Positions 15,101-27,200 of a DNA stretch of 64,000 bases are shown here, one piece after another (within the stretch, counting starts at the first letter, position 1; the number at the start of each line of letters is the position of its first letter). Source of the stretch: Octopus vulgaris (taxonomy: Eukaryota); NCBI GenBank assembly GCA_951406725.2, contig OX597836.1, positions 20,274,001-20,338,000 of the forward strand, read 5' to 3'. Below the pieces are notes generated by a model. The model was not told where the DNA came from. It searched no databases and saw only the letters and a program-made list of their open reading frames with translations. The translations under genes were made by a program, and so were the position numbers.

Positions 15101-17674
15101 TCGGTAGCCAGGCTGAACGGTGCATTTAGAACAGTTCTTATCCAAGACAACCTACTGAAACCTCGGAAGTTGTTATTGCATCCTGTTAAGGGGTAAGCTG
15201 TACCTGCAAGGGATTTTTGTTGCTATTAATGTGGGCCTGTTTGCCATAGAGGTTTTGGAATGTTAACATTGATGGGAGTCTGTTGCCCTGGTGGTGGGTC
15301 TGTTTGCTATGGAGGCAGGTCTATTGCCATGGTGGTGGGTCTGTTACCATGGATGCAGGTCAGTTGCCTTGGAGGTGAGTCTTACCATGGAGGCAGAATA
15401 GGTTACCATGGAGGTGGCTCTTTTACTCTAGTGGTGGGTTTGTTGCTATTAATGTGTTTGCCTATTGCTATTGAGATGGGTCTGTTATTGTAGATGTAGA
15501 TTTGTTGCCATTCATTTGGTTCTGTTGCAGTGGAAATGGATTTGTTGTCATGGAGGTGGATCTGCTGCCACGGAAATGGGTTTGTTGCTATGGATACAGG
15601 TCCGTTGCCATTGAAGTGGTGGGATGCTTTGGAGGTGGATCTGTTGTTATGCTATAAATTTTGTTGCCATGCTGATACAGTTCTTTCCCTTACATAGTGA
15701 GTGTGCTGTCATCATTGCATATATAGTTCCATTCCGGTTGCCATCCATCAATGTGTCTCTGGTTTCTTTGATGTAGAAATATTACCATTCGCAAGGGTCT
15801 GCTTACATAGATTTACTATTGACAGTCTGTGCATATTGATGTCACTTCGTTCTTTTAGTTCACTGTAATAAGGATAACTCACTTATATATTTCTTGCTTC
15901 TGATTTGATATTGATTACTTATTGATTTGTTATAGGAAACTCTTTTGGTTGGATGGTGTAGATGCCAAAACTCGAATAATGACTGCTACCATGGATGGCC
16001 AGAAGATTACAAAGATTATTCAAGAACCACGCATTATGTGTAAGTGTTTGTTTCACTAATCCCTAAGCATAACAAGATAATGGTTTTCTCTATATTTTCT
16101 ACTCATTTTGCCCCTTCATCATCATCATCATCATCGACATTGTCATCATACACGATTTTACTGTATTATGGCATTCTGAAATGATAGAGATAATGGCATT
16201 ACTGACTGTAATGATGACAGTTCTAGCTGACACACATGTTTGTCCATCAGAACAATGATGATCATCTAGTCATCCACAAGGATGACTGACACCTTGCTTG
16301 ATGACTTTGTTTGAAGAAGGGTTGTGCACTGTCAGCATCACTCGTTTGTCCATGATGATCTTTAATCAGTGACAAAACCAGGTCAAGATGGCTGGGGATG
16401 GAGATGGATGCAGTAGCTGACCAAGATGTCTTACTTGCCTCATCTTGTTCTCTGCACTTCATAGCTGCGTTGCTGCATCTGCCTTCGTCCCCATTGAACC
16501 ACGAAGGTTCTTTTGCAGAGTATGCTGGATCCAGTCTTCACATACATTGATAAGCAACCCCTTATATGCTAATTAACCTATAGCTGGGGCCATGACAGGT
16601 GTTACTACTCTGGGTCAAAATAGATCTAGGAACGTTGATGTCTAAGCACCCTAGTGTTTCCACACTTCTCAAAACCCTGGAACTCTCAACTCTGGGCCCC
16701 ACTACCAGATGCAGTTTAAAGTGCACTGACTTGCATCATTGAATCAGTGTGGTCTCGGGTGATTTTCAGAACACATAGACTGATAGTCAAACAATATTTA
16801 AACCCTTTGTTCTTGTATTTCTATTGAAACATACTGTTTCCCAACCACAGGATTCTGGATTCAATTCCACTGCTTGGGACTGAATCCAGAAGTGGCCTGA
16901 AGCCAACCAAAGCCTTGTGAGTGGATTTTGTAGATGGAAACTGAAAAGAATCCAATCCATATCTACATGTGTGTGTTTTTTGTGTCTGAGTTAATTTTGA
17001 AAGTGATGAAGAATTTATTAAACTACCTTTGTTGTTATTAAGTTACTTTAAGTATGTTTAGAACATAGCCTGAGGTTTGAATGGAAAGTGTTAATTTTAG
17101 ATTACATAAAAAGAGGAAGTTTCTATCATATAACCAAAGGCAGTTTCATGTGGGCTGGTATCAAAAGGGTTAAAAGAAAATAATCATTATCATGTATGTT
17201 AATTAGTCCCCCAAATTTATAATTTCATGCATAGCAATTCACCATTTCTGCCAATTTGACGTTTCATTGAATGTGTCTCTTCTACAATTTCTAGCTTACA
17301 CAATCGATCGGAATATGGAGAAGATTTATTATTCAACAAACTTTTCGTTGATGTCAGCCAACTTGGATGGTTCCAATGCGTCACGAATCTCCATCAAAAA
17401 GGAACTGTTACCATTCACTGCTCTCACAGTTTATGGTGACTTCATCTACTTTACATCAAAGAACCAGATCAGCAGCCTGTCTCTCATCAACGGAACTATC
17501 CGGGTTACCAGGAGAAATAAACCAAATATTTTCTCCCTCGTTGTCCATACCAAAGCTGAACTTAATGGTGAGTCTTTCTTTGAGTTTTATATTTTATTAA
17601 GTTTTAATTTATTGATATTTATTGATTTCCTGTAGGCTCCCCTCATACTCTCTCTCTCTGTCTCTCTCTGTCTC

Positions 17675-17750
<76 letters not shown>

Positions 17751-19948
17751 ATAAGCAAAGTTAATGCTACATGGTTTCCTACAAATGATCAACAAAATAT
17801 AAATCAGTTTTTATTTGGTCACCAGGATTGATCAGAATCTAGTTTGGCAGCATATACAGACTGATCCATAAATGGCTTTATCATTCCATATGTGTGTGTG
17901 TAATAATTGTAGATGGTAGTCAATAGTTCAATTCATACTGGAAATATTTCATTCAATAGCATGGTAATTTCTTGGCACACGTATTACTTATCATGTAATA
18001 ATTGTATAATTTTTCATACTGCATTTTACCTATCAATAGTTCGTGTTGCCTGATGAATAGGTTGGTGATTTAGCACATAAAATAATGGAAATACTGTACC
18101 ATCACGTTATATTATGTAATACATTATGTGCAAAAGACTTACCTTGCTACTGAAAGATTTGTAGCATGAACTGAGCTATTAACTGGATTATGAAATAAGA
18201 CTATTCATCAATATTCTTATAGATTACTCTGCTGGCCAAATACATGCAGGAAACTATGAAGTTGATAACAACGATCATTAATATCCAAACCAATTTAAAT
18301 TCTTTCACTTGTTTTTACATTTGTTTTCCTATACTTTTATTTGTTTGACAAATGTCTATTATTGACTATTAAAAGTTTTGTTTTTAATGCCAGACGTCTT
18401 CCTGCTGCTAATCTGTCTTTCTGTGTCTTTCATTTTTTTTAGGTAGTAATGCCTGCACTGTCAAAAACGGTGGCTGTCTCCAATTATGTCTTCCTCATAA
18501 TGAGACCAGTCGACGTTGTGTCTGTACTGCTGGTTACCAGCTAAAGGACAACAAATGTATTGGTGAGTCAATTTATCTTTAATATGGTCACTTTTTGGGA
18601 TTTATCAGTTTCTTTGTTCTGTTGTGTCTGGGGAGAGTCATTTTCTTTTTGTGCCTTATAATGTGCCTTACACTCACCGGTAAAATTTCCACTTATTTCT
18701 TATTTTTATTTTCCTAAAATTTTCGTTGCGTCTTGGAACCTTTCCATGCAAAACGCAACGAGAATTTTAGGAAAATAAAAATAAGTGGAAATTTTACCAA
18801 TGAGTGTATTACATAATAAGGCACAAAAAGAAAATGACTCTCCCCGGACACAACAGAATATGCTTCAACACACAAACTCATAAAAAGAATCTTGCAAACC
18901 AAATCCAAAAACGAAATATAGTTTCTTTGTTGTTTGTTGCTATTATCATTTCTCAATGTCTCTGTATGTGCTTCTGTTTTTCTCTCTTTCTCTCTATCCC
19001 TCCCTCTCTACCTCTTCGCTCTCTCTCTCTCTCTTTCCCTTCCTTCTCCCTCCCATTGAGTGTGTGTGTATGTCATCGTCATCATTTAACATCCACTTTC
19101 CATGCTGGTTGGACAGTTTGACTGAGAACTGACAAACCAGGAAGTTGCACCAGGCTCCAGTCTGATTTGGCAAGGTTTCTACAGCTGGATGCCTTTCCTA
19201 ATGCCAAACACTCCAAGAGTGTAGTGGGTGCTTTTTATGTGCCACCAGCACAGGAGCCAGTCAGGTGGCACTGGCATCGGCCACACTTGAATGGTGCTTT
19301 TTACATGGCTCAGGTGCCAGTCAGGCATCACTGGCATCGGTCACAACTACAATTTCACTCAGTTCAACAGGTTTCCACAAGCACAGCATTATGCCTGACA
19401 ATTGAAGGCTGCTTTTAAATGGACCAGTTATGTGACACTAGCATCGGTCACAACTACGATCTCACTTGCCTTGCAGGGGTCATCTCAAGCACAACATATC
19501 TCATACACAATGTTTATGAATTTGTTTTGCAAGATTCCTGATGTGAAATCATGTTGAAACAGATATTGTTATATTTCGGGATGGTCCCTTTTTTTCCTTG
19601 CCAAATGAACACGCATGATATATTCATTCTTTACTTCGGGTTTATTATTGTTCTTATTTTACCATGGATTTTTCATAGGTTTTTCTTTCCACAGATAACC
19701 CCTAGTCAGTGTTTTATTTCCTCCCGCTTTTGAGAATTTCAGTTGTTAAAACGACACTTTATTATTTTCCGTGTATAGGCGCAGGAGTGGCTGTGTGGTA
19801 AGTAGCTTGTTTACCAACCACATGGTTCCGGGTTCAGTCCCACTGCGTGGCACCTTGGGCAAGTGTCTTCTACTATAGCCTCGGGCCGACCAATGCCTTG
19901 TGAGTGGATTTGGTAGACGGAAACTGAAAGAAGCCTGTCGTATATATG

Positions 19949-19979
<31 letters not shown>

Positions 19980-22900
19980 TTGTGTGTCTGTGTTTGTCCC
20001 CCTAGCATTGCTTGACAACCGATGCTGGTGTGTTTATGTCCCCGTCACTTAGTGGTTCGGCAAAAGAGACCGATAGAATAAGTACTGGGCTTACAAAGAA
20101 TAAGTCCCGGGGCCGAGTTGCTCGATTAAAGGCGGTGCTCCAGCATGGCCGCAGTCAAATGACTGAAACAAGTAAAAGAGTAAAGAGTATGTCACTAAAT
20201 GCTTTCAGTCCTTATTGATCGGTATTGAAAAGAAAAATTCTACATTGTATTGTCCCCTTGTGTTTTCAGCCCTTCATGGCTTAATAAAGAAATCTATCTA
20301 AAATGGTGAACTTAAATTCTATGACTAGTCTTTACAGTGACTTCCTCTCACCGTCCTCTCCTTCTTCTTCTTCCCCAGGTATCCGCACATTCCTCATGTA
20401 CAGCATAAACAACGAAGTTCGTGGAATGCCTCTTGATGGAAACGGCACCAGTATTCGTGCCCTACCTGCCATTCCTCAGATTGTTACAGCCACAGCCATT
20501 GACTTTGATGCAAGTAAGTTTGCAATTTTACATTTTTTTTTCTTGCTTTCAGAACATCATCACTATCACCACCACCACCAGACAAATCATCATTATTACC
20601 ACCACCATCACCACCACCATCATTATCATTATCATCACTACTACCTTCACCATCATCATTACTGTTGTTATTTTACATCTACTTTTCCATACTTGCATGG
20701 ATCAGAGGAGACTACATTGGGGACAGAGTTTTCTATTGCTGGATGTCCTTGTTGCCAATTCATCCATTTCCACCCAATGTATTTATTCCCTCAATGAGGC
20801 ACACAATGGTTTGACATTTTTTATGGCCACTATGTAAACAGTGACAATTATTACTTTTTTTTTATGCTTTAACCCTTTTAGTACCAGCTCACCTGTCACT
20901 GTCCTTTGTTCTATGACGAAAACTTACTCTTCTAAATTGATCTAAATTTGAAATCTTCCATCTAATTTTCATGTTAATTTATGTTCCAAACACCAACTTA
21001 ATAAGGACCAGGTTAGTTCGCTAAATTCTTTAATATTTTCAAAATTAATTGAAACAAGGGTAGCATCTTTCAATAGAAATTCAGTAAGAAAAGGGTGAAG
21101 CAAATAAACAATGTCTTGACACAGGCACAGGTTAGATGAAACTAACTAAGGCGGTGAGCTGGCAGAAACGTTAGCACGCCGGGCGAAATGCTTAGCGGTA
21201 TTTTGTCTGCTGCTACGTTCTGAGTTCAAATTCCGCCGAGGTCGACTTTGCCTTTCATCCTTTCGGGGTCGATAAATTAAGTACCAGTTACGCACTGGAG
21301 TCGATGTAATCGACTTAATTCATTTGTCTGTCCTTGTTTGTCCCCTCTGTGTTATAGCCCCTTGTGGGTAGTAAAGAAATAGGTTAGATGAAACTTATTG
21401 TAGCATCATATCTGCGGCTTGGTGCCCTTTTGCTACCATTCCTTGTTTGTTTGTTTATTTTTTTCTTTTACTGATGATATTTATCATTCTGCTGTCAATT
21501 TTATGCCAATATTGGCCTAATGAGCCGCCTCAATACCCAACAAGTGTAAAGCCACTAATTTGGTCTTCTTCAAAGACAAAGGATGAATGTCTGTAGGATG
21601 TAATTTGAGAGCCAATTGGCTGCTGTTACTAGCAGCGTGGATAACCATGTAAAAGTGTCCCTGTTGTTGTAGCCCATAAAGCTATGTTTTATTTGAAATT
21701 TAAAATATTGATTTTCTAACCCTTTTTTTTTTTAAACTTCGCAATTGTAGGACAGGATTATATTTATTGGGTTGACAGCAGCAGCCGTACCATTTCCCGG
21801 ATCAAGAGGGATCTTACCGAAAGGAAACAGATAGTGCCTCTGGACGACACCACGAATGCACAGAATACTGTGAATGCTATTAATACAGTTGAGGGCATCG
21901 CCGTTGACTGGGTGGCCGGTGAGTAGTTTCTTTTATTTGTTTGTCATCATTGGATGCTCTTCCTAACACCAACCACTATATAGATTACACTGGGTGCATT
22001 TTATCATAACACCAGCATTGGTGAAGGATGCTTGGTACTCTGTAAGACTAAAGAGTCCTCAATATTCAGTGATATGTTCATTCATTTAAGGGGGTACATA
22101 GAAGATAGAGCAATGACAAGATGAGCGGATGATGTAAGAGTATCATCATCATCATCATCATTGTTTAATGTCCGTTCTCCATGCTAGCATGGGTTAGACG
22201 GTTCGACCGGGGATCTGGGAAGGCAGAAGGCTGCACCAGGCTCCAGTCTAATCTGGCAGTGTTTCTACAGCTGGATGCCCTTCCTAACGCCAACCACTCC
22301 GAGAGTGTAGTGGGTGCTTTTTACGTGCCACCGGCACAGGTGCCAGGTGAGGCTGGCAACGCCCACGATCGGATTGGTGCTTTTTACGTGCCTATGGTAG
22401 AAGATATGGATTGGGTGAACAAAATGGTAGAGGAGAAGACAGAGTGATGGATAGTAATAATAGCAAACAACGGTATGAGTGAGTGATAGATGTCAGTAAG
22501 AAGTGACCTGATTGAAGGAGGAGTGATGAGTGGCAGTACAGAAGGAAGGACAGTAGAGCCTGTCCATTACAAATGCATAACCACAGTCCAGTAATTGAAA
22601 GGAGCAAAAGAATAGGTATCATGGTGGCTGAGAGAGATGGGATGATATGGAGGATGGTACATTCGGGGAGCAATGAATATATTTATATATAAAAGTGAGG
22701 TTGTGTGCTGTCTGTCTCCTACGAATTAGATTCCTAACTACTCCCACATTTTGTGGGATTCATATCGAGCCCTTCTGGGTATTAGCGCACGTCTACGATG
22801 AGTCTACGATTTAAAAAAAATTTACCATCAATTTTTCCCATTTTTAATGCATTTTTGGCATATATAAGGGAAGTAACTCTCTAAAAATTTATAATTAAAT

Positions 22901-24216
22901 CTCAGAACGTAAAAAGCTACAGTAACCACCCCCCTTTGTGGTTAGCCATATTGAGATGGCTATTATACTTTACATCTCTAAAAATACTTATATAGTTATT
23001 TCCCTTACAAACCCGAGCAACGCCGGGCAATACTGCTAGTATATATTATTCTTTTACTTGTTTGTCATTTGACTGTGGCCATGCCGGAGCATATGATATG
23101 ATATTTCCAATACACTTAACAGGTAACATATACTGGACAGATAGTAGCCGCTCTACGATTGAAGTAGCCAGACTTGATGGTCAGTATCGATATGTTTTGG
23201 TTTTCCATGTATTGGACAAGCCATGTGCCATTGCTGTTCATCCTATGAAAGGGTAAGTATTACATTTTTTTTATTCCGTGCCTTGATTCTTGTCCAACTG
23301 TTAACAGATTGCTTTTGTAATTTTCATGGCTTGTGGTCATATTAGTTAAGAAGTTTGCTCTGATCCAGGAGACTCTACCATGATCAAAAATATTTCAACC
23401 ATGACCATCCCCTGCTCCCTCTTTTCTTTTTTATTAAAAGAAAGTATAATCATGCAAGGTGGCTACCAAATCCATCATATAAGGCGGCGAGCTGGCAGAA
23501 ACGCTAGCACGCCGGGCGAAATGCTTAGCGGTATTTCGTCTGCCGTTATATTCTGAATTCAAATTCCACCGAGGTCGACTTTGCCTTTCATCCTTTCGGG
23601 GTCGATAAATTAAGTACCAGTTACACACTGGGTCGATGTAATTGACTTAATCCCTTTGTCTGTCCTTGTTTGTCCCATCTGTGTTTAGCCCCTTGTGGGC
23701 AATAAAGAAAATAAGAAAGTATAATCATGCAAGCATAGAAAAGTAAACATGTCTTGAACATCATCATAATCTTCAGCAAATAAATGAAAAATTATGTTTA
23801 GACACAGGTGTGGTTGTGTGGTAAGAAGTTTGCTTCCCAACAACATGGTCCCAGGTTCAGTCCCACTGCATGGCACCTTGAGTAAGTGTCCTCTATGATA
23901 GTCTCAGACCAAAGCCTTGTGAGTAGATTTGGTAGATGGATTTGGTGGCCACCAAAAATAAACAATATTATTGTTAAAGGCATGAAATTGTAAATATTTT
24001 TTAGAATTACAATTGACAAGGAAAAAGCACATCCTTTTTTGAACTTCTGTTTAATTCTTGAAATTTTTATATACACACACAGATATATATATATATATAT
24101 AGTAGGTACTGCAAATTTAGGGTGAATACTTGGTAAGTGTAAGCACCTGTATATGCCAGCTAGTGGCAGAGGTGAGAGGGTGATTTTATTTGATATATAT
24201 ATATATATATATATAT

Positions 24217-24258
<42 letters not shown>

Positions 24259-27200
24259 GTATATATATATATATATATATATCACAGTTATATATCTCTA
24301 TGTATCTATCTCTAGCTACCTGTTCTGGACTGACTGTGGCACCCAGCCTTTGATCGAGCGCGCTCAACTGGATGGTAGCAAGAGAGTAGTCCTGCTGAAC
24401 AACAGTCTACGGGAACCGCACGGTTTATCTGTAGACTATGAGACTGACCGCCTGTATTGGTGTGACAGAATACTCAACGTGATCGGTTGGATTGCCATCA
24501 ATGGCAGCGAGCCTCACATCGTTATAACCAACACTTCACAGTGCATGTCTCTTACAGTTTATAAGAAACATGTCTACTGGATTGAAAGGTAATGAACTTT
24601 GACCTTACTTTTTCTCTGATATTTTTATTCCTCTCTCATCCCTATCACCTCTTCACTTTCTTCCCTGTAACCTCTCTCTCTATTTTTCTTCTCTCTATTT
24701 TTCCTCTCTCTATTTTTCCTCTCTCTATTTTTCTTTTCTCCTGTTTTACTATATTTTCTCTCCTCCCTTCTCTCTCTCCCTCTCTTTGTCTCTTCACCTT
24801 GCTCATCTCCACAGTCCTTGTGCTTCTCTTTCTGTCTATCCTTCTCCCTCCCTCTCTTTCTCTACTCTTTCTTTTTCTTCCTTCTCTCTGCCCCCTTTCT
24901 TCCTCCTTTTTCTGCTTCTGTCTCCATGCCTCTCTGCCCCCTCTCTCTACTCTACTCTCTTTCCTTCTCTCCTTCTTGCCCCTCCTCTCTCTCTCTCTGC
25001 CCTCTTTCCTTGTTCCTCTCTAATATATTCTATTCCCTTTACTCCTTTCACTCCCCTTCCTTCCTTTGCTCTCCTCTCTTCCATCTTTCGTCACTATCAT
25101 CATCATAACACATCTCTCACCATTCTTTTCTCCCTTGTTACATGACACTACCACCACCAACAACAACAACAGTTCTGCAAATGGTAGCGCCATCTTCCGT
25201 GCCAGTAAATACGATGGTTCTGGGAAAATTGCATTGCTCACCAATCTTGCGAAGAAAGTTGTTGACATTAAAATATTCCACAAAGACAGGAACGGTCAGT
25301 ATTTCTTTGGATATTTTCTTGTCATCCTTTGTGGATTATGTTGATATGTGAATGTTAATGTGTGTGTGTGTGTGTGTATGCTTTTGCAAGTGTGGGTGTG
25401 TGTATAGTTGTGCATATGGTTTCAGTGTTGATGCATATGTGTGTGTGTGTGTGTGTATATGCTTTTGCAAGTGTGTGTTTGAGTGTGTGTGTGTGTATAG
25501 TTGTGCATATGTTTCAGTGTTGATGCATGTAGGTGTGTGTGTGTGTGTGTGTGTGTATGCTTTTGCAAGTGTGTGTTTGAGTGTGGGTGTGTATATAGTT
25601 GTGCATATGTTTGTGTTGATGCATGTAGGTGTGTGTGTGTGTGTGTGTGTATGCTTTTGCAAGTGTGTGTTTGAGTGTGGGTGTGTGTATAGTTGTGCAT
25701 ATGTTTCAGTGTTGATGCATATAGGTGTGTGTGTGTGTGTGTGTGTATGCTTTTGCAAGTGTGTGTTTGAGTGTGGGTGTGTGTATAGTTGTGCATATGT
25801 TTCAGTGTTGATGCATATAGGTGTGTGTGTGTGTGTGTGTGTGTATGCTTTTGCAAGTGTGTGTTTGAGTGTGGGTGTGTGTATAGTTGTGCATATGTTT
25901 CAGTGTTGATGCATGTAGGTGTGTGTGTGTGTGTGTGTGTATGCTTTTGCAAGTGTGTGTTTGAGTGTGGGTGTGTGTATAGTTGTGCATATGTTTCAGT
26001 GTTGATGCATGTAGGTGTGTGTGTGTGTGTGTGTGTGTATGCTTTTGCAAGTGTGTGTTTGAGTGTGTGTGTGTATAGTGTGCATATGTTTCAGTGTTGA
26101 TGCATGTAGGTGTGTGTGTGTGTGTGTGTGTATGCTTTTGCAAGTGTGTGTTTGAGTGTGGGTGTGTGTATAGTTGTGCATATGTTTCAGTGTTGATGCA
26201 TGTAGGTGTGTGTGTGTGTGTATGCTTTTGCAAGTGTGTGTTTGAGTGTGGGTGTGTGTATAGTTGTGCATATGTTTCAGTGTTGATGCATGTAGGTGTG
26301 TGTGTGTGTGTGTGTGTGTATGCTTTTGCAAGTGTGTGTTTGAGTGTGGGTGTGTGTATAGTTGTGCATATGTTTCAGTGTTGATGCATGTAGGTGTGTG
26401 TGTGTGTGTGTGTGTATGCTTTTGCAAGTGTGTGTTTGAGTGTGGGTGTGTGTATAGTTGTGCATATGTTTCAGTGTTGATGCATGTAGGTGTGTGTGTG
26501 TGTGTGTGTATGCTTTTGCAAGTGTGTGTTTGAGTGTGGGAGTGTGTATAGTTGTGCATATGTTTCAGTGTTGATGCATGTAGGTGTGTGTGTGTGTGTG
26601 TGTATGCTTTTGCAAGTGTGTGTTTGAGTGTGGGTGTGTGTATAGTTGTGCATATGTTTCAGTGTTGATGCATGTAGGTGTGTGTTATGCTTTTGCAAGT
26701 GTGTGTTTGAGTGTGGGTGTGTGTATAGTTGTGCATATGTTTCAGTGTTGATGCATGTAGGTGTGTGTGTGTGTGTGTGTGTATGCTTTTGCAAGTGTGT
26801 GTTTGAGTGTGGGTGTGTGTATAGTTGTGCATATGTTTCAGTGTTGATGCATGTAGGTGTGTGTGTGTATGCTTTTGCAAGTGTGTGTTTGAGTGTGGGT
26901 GTGTGTATAGTTGTGCATATGTTTCAGTGTTGATGCATGTAGGTGTGTGTGTGTGTGTGTGTGTATGCTTTTGCAAGTGTGTGTTTGAGTGTGGGTGTGT
27001 GTATAGTTGTGCATATGTTTCAGTGTTGATGCACATAGGTGCGTGCATGTGTGTGTGTGTATTGTGCAGGTGTGTGCATACTTTAATATGGATGCAAGCA
27101 AGTTTGAATGTGGGTGCATGGCAGGAGCAAATGCTTGCATGTGTGTAGAGTGATGTATAGCCTCAAAGAATGTTTTGGAGGAAAAAGGGGAAGGGAGATA

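Noticed and set aside
25336-27148. Overlapping CV/HT-rich ORFs
   Set aside because: Minisatellite translations.
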